From the NCBI RefSeq assembly GCF_009914755.1, contig NC_060943.1: 64,000 nucleotides of DNA. One strand, 5' to 3'. A model generated the notes under the pieces. It worked only from the letters and a program-made list of their open reading frames with translations. It had not been told where the DNA came from and ran no database searches. Shown here piece after piece: positions 52,620 to 64,000 of this stretch (position 1 is the first letter of the stretch; each line of letters begins with the position of its first letter). Source of the DNA: the human T2T-CHM13v2.0 reference genome, Homo sapiens. The position numbers were made by a program, and so were the translations under genes.

Positions 52620-53320
52620 GTAGTCTCAGGAGAGCTACTCGGGGTCGGGCTTGGGGAGAGGAGGAGCGGGGGTGAGGCAAGCAGCAGGGGACTGGACCTG
52701 GGAAGGGCTGGGCAGCAGAGACGACCCGACCCGCTAGAAGGTGGGGTGGGGAGAGCAGCTGGACTGGGATGTAAGCCATAGCAGGACTCCACGAGTTGTC
52801 ACTATCATTTATCGAGCACCTACTGGGTGTCCCCAGTGTCCTCAGATCTCCATAACTGGGGAGCCAGGGGCAGCGACACGGTAGCTAGCCGTCGATTGGA
52901 GAACTTTAAAATGAGGACTGAATTAGCTCATAAATGGAACACGGCGCTTAACTGTGAGGTTGGAGCTTAGAATGTGAAGGGAGAATGAGGAATGCGAGAC
53001 TGGGACTGAGATGGAACCGGCGGTGGGGAGGGGGTGGGGGGATGGAATTTGAACCCCGGGAGAGGAAGATGGAATTTTCTATGGAGGCCGACCTGGGGAT
53101 GGGGAGATAAGAGAAGACCAGGAGGGAGTTAAATAGGGAATGGGTTGGGGGCGGCTTGGTAAATGTGCTGGGATTAGGCTGTTGCAGATAATGCAACAAG
53201 GCTTGGAAGGCTAACCTGGGGTGAGGCCGGGTTGGGGCCGGGCTGGGGGTGGGAGGAGTCCTCACTGGCGGTTGATTGACAGTTTCTCCTTCCCCAGACT
53301 GGCCAATCACAGGCAGGAAG

Positions 53321-53363
53321 ATGAAGGTTCTGTGGGCTGCGTTGCTGGTCACATTCCTGGCAG
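53321..53363 (+). CDS. APOE: APOE exon 2 coding part (signal peptide); the exon starts at 53298
   Basis: ccccag|ACTGG; ATG 53321 MKVLWAALLVTFLA; GCAG|gtatgg. Confidence 0.98.
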
Positions 53364-53549
53364 GTATGGGGGCGGGGCTTGCTCGGTTCCCCCCGCTCCT
53401 CCCCCTCTCATCCTCACCTCAACCTCCTGGCCCCATTCAGGCAGACCCTGGGCCCCCTCTTCTGAGGCTTCTGTGCTGCTTCCTGGCTCTGAACAGCGAT
53501 TTGACGCTCTCTGGGCCTCGGTTTCCCCCATCCTTGAGATAGGAGTTAG

Positions 53550-53894
<345 letters not shown>

Positions 53895-53997
53895 TAATGC
53901 ATTGCAGGCAGATAGTGAATACCAGACACGGGGCAGCTGTGATCTTTATTCTCCATCACCCCCACACAGCCCTGCCTGGGGCACACAAGGACACTCA

Positions 53998-54183
<186 letters not shown>

Positions 54184-54430
54184 TCAGGAGGCTGAGGCAG
54201 GAGGATCGCTTGAGCCCAGAAGGTCAAGGTTGCAGTGAACCATGTTCAGGCCGCTGCACTCCAGCCTGGGTGACAGAGCAAGACCCTGTTTATAAATACA
54301 TAATGCTTTCCAAGTGATTAAACCGACTCCCCCCTCACCCTGCCCACCATGGCTCCAAAGAAGCATTTGTGGAGCACCTTCTGTGTGCCCCTAGGTACTA
54401 GATGCCTGGACGGGGTCAGAAGGACCCTGA

Positions 54431-54649
<219 letters not shown>

Positions 54650-55037
54650 TGAGTGTCCCCATCCTGGCCCTTGACCCTCCTGGTGGGCGGCTATACCTCC
54701 CCAGGTCCAGGTTTCATTCTGCCCCTGTCGCTAAGTCTTGGGGGGCCTGGGTCTCTGCTGGTTCTAGCTTCCTCTTCCCATTTCTGACTCCTGGCTTTAG
54801 CTCTCTGGAATTCTCTCTCTCAGCTTTGTCTCTCTCTCTTCCCTTCTGACTCAGTCTCTCACACTCGTCCTGGCTCTGTCTCTGTCCTTCCCTAGCTCTT
54901 TTATATAGAGACAGAGAGATGGGGTCTCACTGTGTTGCCCAGGCTGGTCTTGAACTTCTGGGCTCAAGCGATCCTCCCGCCTCGGCCTCCCAAAGTGCTG
55001 GGATTAGAGGCATGAGCCACCTTGCCCGGCCTCCTAG

Positions 55038-55946
<909 letters not shown>

Positions 55947-56063
55947 ACGCCGAAGCCTGCAGCCATGCGACCCCACGCCACCCCGTGCCTCCTGCCTCCG
56001 CGCAGCCTGCAGCGGGAGACCCTGTCCCCGCCCCAGCCGTCCTCCTGGGGTGGACCCTAGTTT

Positions 56064-56069
56064 AATAAA
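56064..56069 (+). terminator. APOE: APOE poly(A) signal
   Basis: AATAAA 118 nt after the stop codon. Confidence 0.95.
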
Positions 56070-56233
56070 GATTCACCAAGTTTCACGCATCTGCTGGCCT
56101 CCCCCTGTGATTTCCTCTAAGCCCCAGCCTCAGTTTCTCTTTCTGCCCACATACTGGCCACACAATTCTCAGCCCCCTCCTCTCCATCTGTGTCTGTGTG
56201 TATCTTTCTCTCTGCCCTTTTTTTTTTTTTTAG

Positions 56234-56518
<285 letters not shown>

Positions 56519-57005
56519 TAGGGGGCAGGGAAAGGTCTCACCCTGTCACCCGCCATCACAGCTCACTGCAGCCTCCACCTCCTGGACTCAAGTGATAAGT
56601 GATCCTCCCGCCTCAGCCTTTCCAGTAGCTGAGACTACAGGCGCATACCACTAGGATTAATTTGGGGGGGGGGTGGTGTGTGTGGAGATGGGGTCTGGCT
56701 TTGTTGGCCAGGCTGATGTGGAATTCCTGGGCTCAAGCGATACTCCCACCTTGGCCTCCTGAGTAGCTGAGACTACTGGCTAGCACCACCACACCCAGCT
56801 TTTTATTATTATTTGTAGAGACAAGGTCTCAATATGTTGCCCAGGCTAGTCTCAAACCCCTGGGCTCAAGAGATCCTCCGCCATCGGCCTCCCAAAGTGC
56901 TGGGATTCCAGGCATGGGGCTCCGAGCCCGGCCTGCCCAACTTAATAATACTTGTTCCTCAGAGTTGCAACTCCAAATGACCTGAGATTGGTGCCTTTAT
57001 TCTAA

Positions 57006-57618
<613 letters not shown>

Positions 57619-58873
57619 TAATCTGCCTGCCTCACCCTCCCAAAGTGCTGGGATTACAGGCATGAGCCACCTCACCCGGACCATCCCTCATTCTCCATCC
57701 TTTCCTCCAGTTGTGATGTCTACCCCTCATGTTTCCCAACAAGCCTACTGGGTGCTGAATCCAGGCTGGGAAGAGAAGGGAGCGGCTCTTCTGTCGGAGT
57801 CTGCACCAGGCCCATGCTGAGACGAGAGCTGGCGCTCAGAGAGGGGAAGCTTGGATGGAAGCCCAGGAGCCGCCGGCACTCTCTTCCCCTCCCACCCCCT
57901 CAGTTCTCAGAGACGGGGAGGAGGGTTCCCACCAACGGGGGACAGGCTGAGACTTGAGCTTGTATCTCCTGGGCCAGCTGCAACATCTGCTTGTCCCTCT
58001 GCCCATCTTGGCTCCTGCACACCCTGAACTTGGTGCTTTCCCTGGCACTGCTCTGATCACCCACGTGGAGGCAGCACCCCTCCCCTGGAGATGACTCACC
58101 AGGGCTGAGTGAGGAGGGGAAGGGTCAGTGTGCTCACAGGCAGGGGGCCTGGTCTGCTGGGCCTGCTGCTGATTCACCGTATGTCCAGGAGCTGGAGCAG
58201 CACCCTCTCAGAGCCTCAGTTTCCCCAGATGTCAATGAGAGAATCAGCATCAGCCACATCTCCCACCTGAAGAATCGAACCTTGAGTTCTCACCTTTAAG
58301 AATTTTTTTTTTTTTTGAGACAGTGCCTTGCTCAGTCGACCACGCTGGAGTGCAGTAGCACGATCATCAATCACTGCAGCCTCCAACTCAAGCAACCCTC
58401 CTGCCTCAACCTCCTGAGTAGCTGGGGCCACAGGCACCCACCACCATGCCTGGCTAATTCTTTCTTTTTTGAGATGGAGTCTCACTCTGTCGCCCAGGCT
58501 GGAGTGCAGTGGCACCATCTTGGCTCACCGCAACCTCTGCCCCCCGGGTTCAAGCAATTCTCCTGCCTCAGCCTCCTGAGTAGCTAGAATTACAGGCGCA
58601 CACCACCACACCAGGCTAATTTTTGTATTTTTAGTAGAAACGAGGTTTCACCACGGTGGTCAGGTTGGTCTCAAACTCCTGACATCAGGTGATCCACCCG
58701 CCTCGGCCTCCCAAAGCACTGGGATTACAGGAGTGAGCCACCATGCCTGGCCATATTTTAAACTTTTTTGTAGAGATGGGGTCTTACTATGTTGCCCAGG
58801 CTGATCTCAAACTCTTGGGCTCAAGCAGATCCTCCTGCCAAAGCTTCCCAAAGTAGTTGGATTACAGGTGTGA

Positions 58874-60005
<1,132 letters not shown>

Positions 60006-60015
60006 AGGGTTTTAA

Positions 60016-60171
<156 letters not shown>

Positions 60172-60663
60172 TGAACTTTTTTGTAGAGATGAGGTCTCCC
60201 TATATTGCCCAGGCTGGTCTCGAACTCCCAGGCTCAAGTGATCCTCCCTCTTCAGCTTCCCAAAGTGCTGGGATTACAGGCATGAGCCACCATGCCTGGC
60301 TAATGCAGGTGAGGTTTTTGCAGTGTCATCCAGCTAAGGCGACCCGTTCCCCTCCCAAAAAAGGGAGACTGAGAACCATGAAGTTAAGAGCCCAGAGAAT
60401 ATCACGGTGGTCTGGGGTGCTTCAAGGGCTGGTCTGGAATAAATTGGAGGTGGCACGCAGGGTAGGAGCGCCGGGCCAACTGGGAGACCCAGCAACATAA
60501 AGGAAAAGTTGTTGGGGCTGAGGAGGCTTGCTGAGAGAGGGGAAGTGAGGGAAAGAGGTGATCTAGGGACACGGTGTGAATGAGGGGGGGATGAGATCAC
60601 AGGGTTATTACTGGGAGACCCCTGAGGGAAGATGGCCACAGGGACAGGACAAGGCTGTCTTCT

Positions 60664-61119
60664 TAAGGGAGGAGACCACCCCTCATATTGTCTTATGCCC
60701 AATTTCTGCCTCCAAAGAAAGAAAAAGTAAAAACTAAAAGGCAGAAATGAAATCCACAAGCAGACAGCCCGCGCCACACCCTGGGCCTGGTGGTTAAAGA
60801 TTGACCCCTGACCTAATCCGTTAGGTTATCTATAGATTACAGACATTGTATAGAAAAGCACTGTGAAAATCCCTATTCTGTTTTGTTCCGATCTAATTAC
60901 CGGTGCATGCAGCCCCCAGTCACGCATCCCCTGCTTGTTCAATCGATCACGACCCTCTCACGTGCACCCACTTAGAGTTGTGAGCCCTTAAAAGGAACAG
61001 GGATTGCTCACTCGGGGAGCTCGGCTCTTGAGACAGGAATCTTGCCCATTCCCCGAACGAATAAACCCCTTCCTTAACTCAGCGTCTGAGGAATTTTGTC
61101 TGCGGCTCCTCCTGCTACA
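60664..61119 (+). mobile_element. Solitary HERV-E (LTR2-type) LTR, known alternative promoter of APOC1
   Basis: TAAGGGAGGAGACC...CCTGCTACA, 456 bp, 4-bp TSD TTCT (60660-60663 / 61120-61123), TTAAAA 60988-60993, AATAAA 61060-61065. Confidence 0.9.
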
Positions 61120-61392
61120 TTCTGAGTGGGGAAAGGGACTAAGGTGGTCTGAGGACCCCACAGAGTCAGGAAGATTGAGAGGTGAGAGTGCTGAACGGGG
61201 AGGGGCTTTGGGGCTAAGGGAAGTGCCCGGGACCCCACCTGACCCCAACGCTCACGGGACAGGGGCAGAGGAGAAAAACGTGGGTGGACAGAGGGAGGCA
61301 GGCGGTCAGGGGAAGGCTCAGGAGGAGGGAGATCAACATCAACCTGCCCCGCCCCCTCCCCAGCCTGATAAAGGTCCTGCGGGCAGGACAGG

Positions 61393-61425
61393 ACCTCCCA
61401 ACCAAGCCCTCCAGCAAGGATTCAG
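61393..61425 (+). other. APOC1: APOC1 non-coding exon 1 (start approximate), preceded by GATAAA TATA-like box 61367-61372
   Basis: ...cagcaaggattcag|gttggt donor; GC box at about 61346-61356. Confidence 0.8.
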
Positions 61426-61583
61426 GTTGGTGCTGAGTGCCTGGGAGGGACACCCGCCTACACTCTGCAAGAAACTCAAAAAGGGAGATGAGGGGATCGT
61501 GGGAGGGAGGTAGGGAGGGAGGAGGGTGCCACTGATCCCCTGAACCCCTGCCTCTGCCTCCAGAGTGCCCCTCCGGCCTCGCC

Positions 61584-61641
61584 ATGAGGCTCTTCCTGTC
61601 GCTCCCGGTCCTGGTGGTGGTTCTGTCGATCGTCTTGGAAG
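61584..61641 (+). CDS. APOC1: APOC1 exon 2 coding part (signal peptide); the exon starts at 61564
   Basis: gccATGAGG; MRLFLSLPVLVVVLSIVLE; GAAG|gtaaaa. Confidence 0.97.
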
Positions 61642-62376
61642 GTAAAAGTGGGATGGGAGAATTGCGGAGTTGGAGATTTGGAAGAGTGAAGGTGGCTACA
61701 GGCCTGGGGTCCCGGCTTAGAGGACCTCTGAGAGCTCCGGGGCCCCTTCTGGGTCGTGGTTGCCTCATCGTGGTCGGGTGGGTCTCCAGGTTCTCCCAGG
61801 CTCAGTCCCGCAGGCGCCAAATCTGCGCAGGAGAGCACTAGCAACCGATGACGTATTGAGGCCCACACCTCTGGGATTGGCTGTCCTGCTTCGACAGCCT
61901 TGAAAGTGGGTAAGCTGGGTGGGGGGCTCTGGGAGAGGTCAGTGCTGAGTAAGGCAATTCCCAGCAGCTTGAGCCCCACCAGGTCACTCCAGTATTCCTC
62001 CCCATTCTTTTTTTTTTTTTTTTTTTTTCTCTTGAGACGGAGTCTCGCTCTGTCGCCGAGGCTGGAGTGCAGTGGCGCGATCTCGGCTCACTGCAAGCTC
62101 CGCCTCCCTGGTTCACGCCATTCTCCTGCCTCAGCAGGACTACAGGCGCCCGCCACCGCGCCCGGCTAATTTTTTGTATTTTCAGTAGAGACAGGGTTTC
62201 ACCGTGGTCTCGATCTCCTGACTTTGTGATCCGCCTGCCTCGACCTCCCAAAGTGCTGGGATTACAGGCGTGAGCCACCGCGTCCGGCCATTCCTCCCCA
62301 TTCTAACCACATGATCCCCAAGGATCTCTATCCATCCCGGTATCCCAACCTAAGGGGGTTCCAATAACAAATTTTT

Positions 62377-63182
<806 letters not shown>

Positions 63183-63223
63183 TCAAGGACAGTTTCCCTG
63201 ACTCCCATCCAGGCCATATTTTA

Positions 63224-63585
<362 letters not shown>

Positions 63586-64000
63586 CTATGGGAGGCTGAG
63601 ATGGGAGGATTGCTTGAGCCCAGGAGTTCGAGACCAGCCTGACCAACATGGCGAGATCCTGTCTCCATTTAAAAAAAAAAAAAAAAAGATGGTTTTGTGA
63701 GGTAATGAAAATGAAGGCCCCAAGCTTGGCCAGACCTGGGTCCCCAGGCTGGAGTAGCACCCCTTCCTGTGTGATCTTGACAGAGGGGCATTACTGTGAG
63801 CCTCAGTTTCCTCTCCTATAAACTGGTGGTTCTACAGGGAAGTAAAGGAGCAGGCCTACAGGGTGTCTGGTACATGTAGATGCTCAGTATATCATGAAAC
63901 CCACCCTTGCCCCCTTTGGCAAGTTAGAGAGTCATTCGTTCTTTCAAAAATATTTACTGAGCATCTGCTAAGTGCTGGAAACTGTTTCAATGTGGGGAAT

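Overview
Human genomic DNA recognisable as the chr19q13.32 NECTIN2(PVRL2)-TOMM40-APOE-APOC1 locus, with all four genes in tandem on the + strand. The window starts inside NECTIN2 intron 1 and contains exons 2-5, the alpha terminal exon and the four delta-specific exons. It also contains the complete TOMM40 CDS (9 coding exons, 1086 nt, 361 aa), the complete APOE gene (954 nt CDS, 317 aa) and APOC1 exons 1-3. The haplotype reads APOE epsilon3 (Cys112/Arg158), TOMM40 '523' short (T16) and APOC1 H1 (no CGTT). Much of the rest is Alu, with nested L1, ERV LTRs, MSR1 minisatellites and L2/MIR remnants; most entries in the ORF track are Alu or GC-content artefacts. I see no evidence of a new gene or an inserted foreign system. 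The best leads are inferences. (1) Penultimate-exon to second-exon splices are in frame for both NECTIN2->TOMM40 and TOMM40->APOE, and both upstream genes have weak poly(A) signals. (2) A same-strand RGGTCA half-site array with a perfect ERRE and DR1 lies 3-5 kb upstream of TOMM40. (3) The TOMM40 promoter has nine co-oriented CCAAT boxes. (4) The APOC1 HpaI indel sits just 3' of the LTR poly(A) hexamer. (5) There are several unusual retrotransposition scars. SNP identifiers and repeat family names are from recall and need database confirmation.
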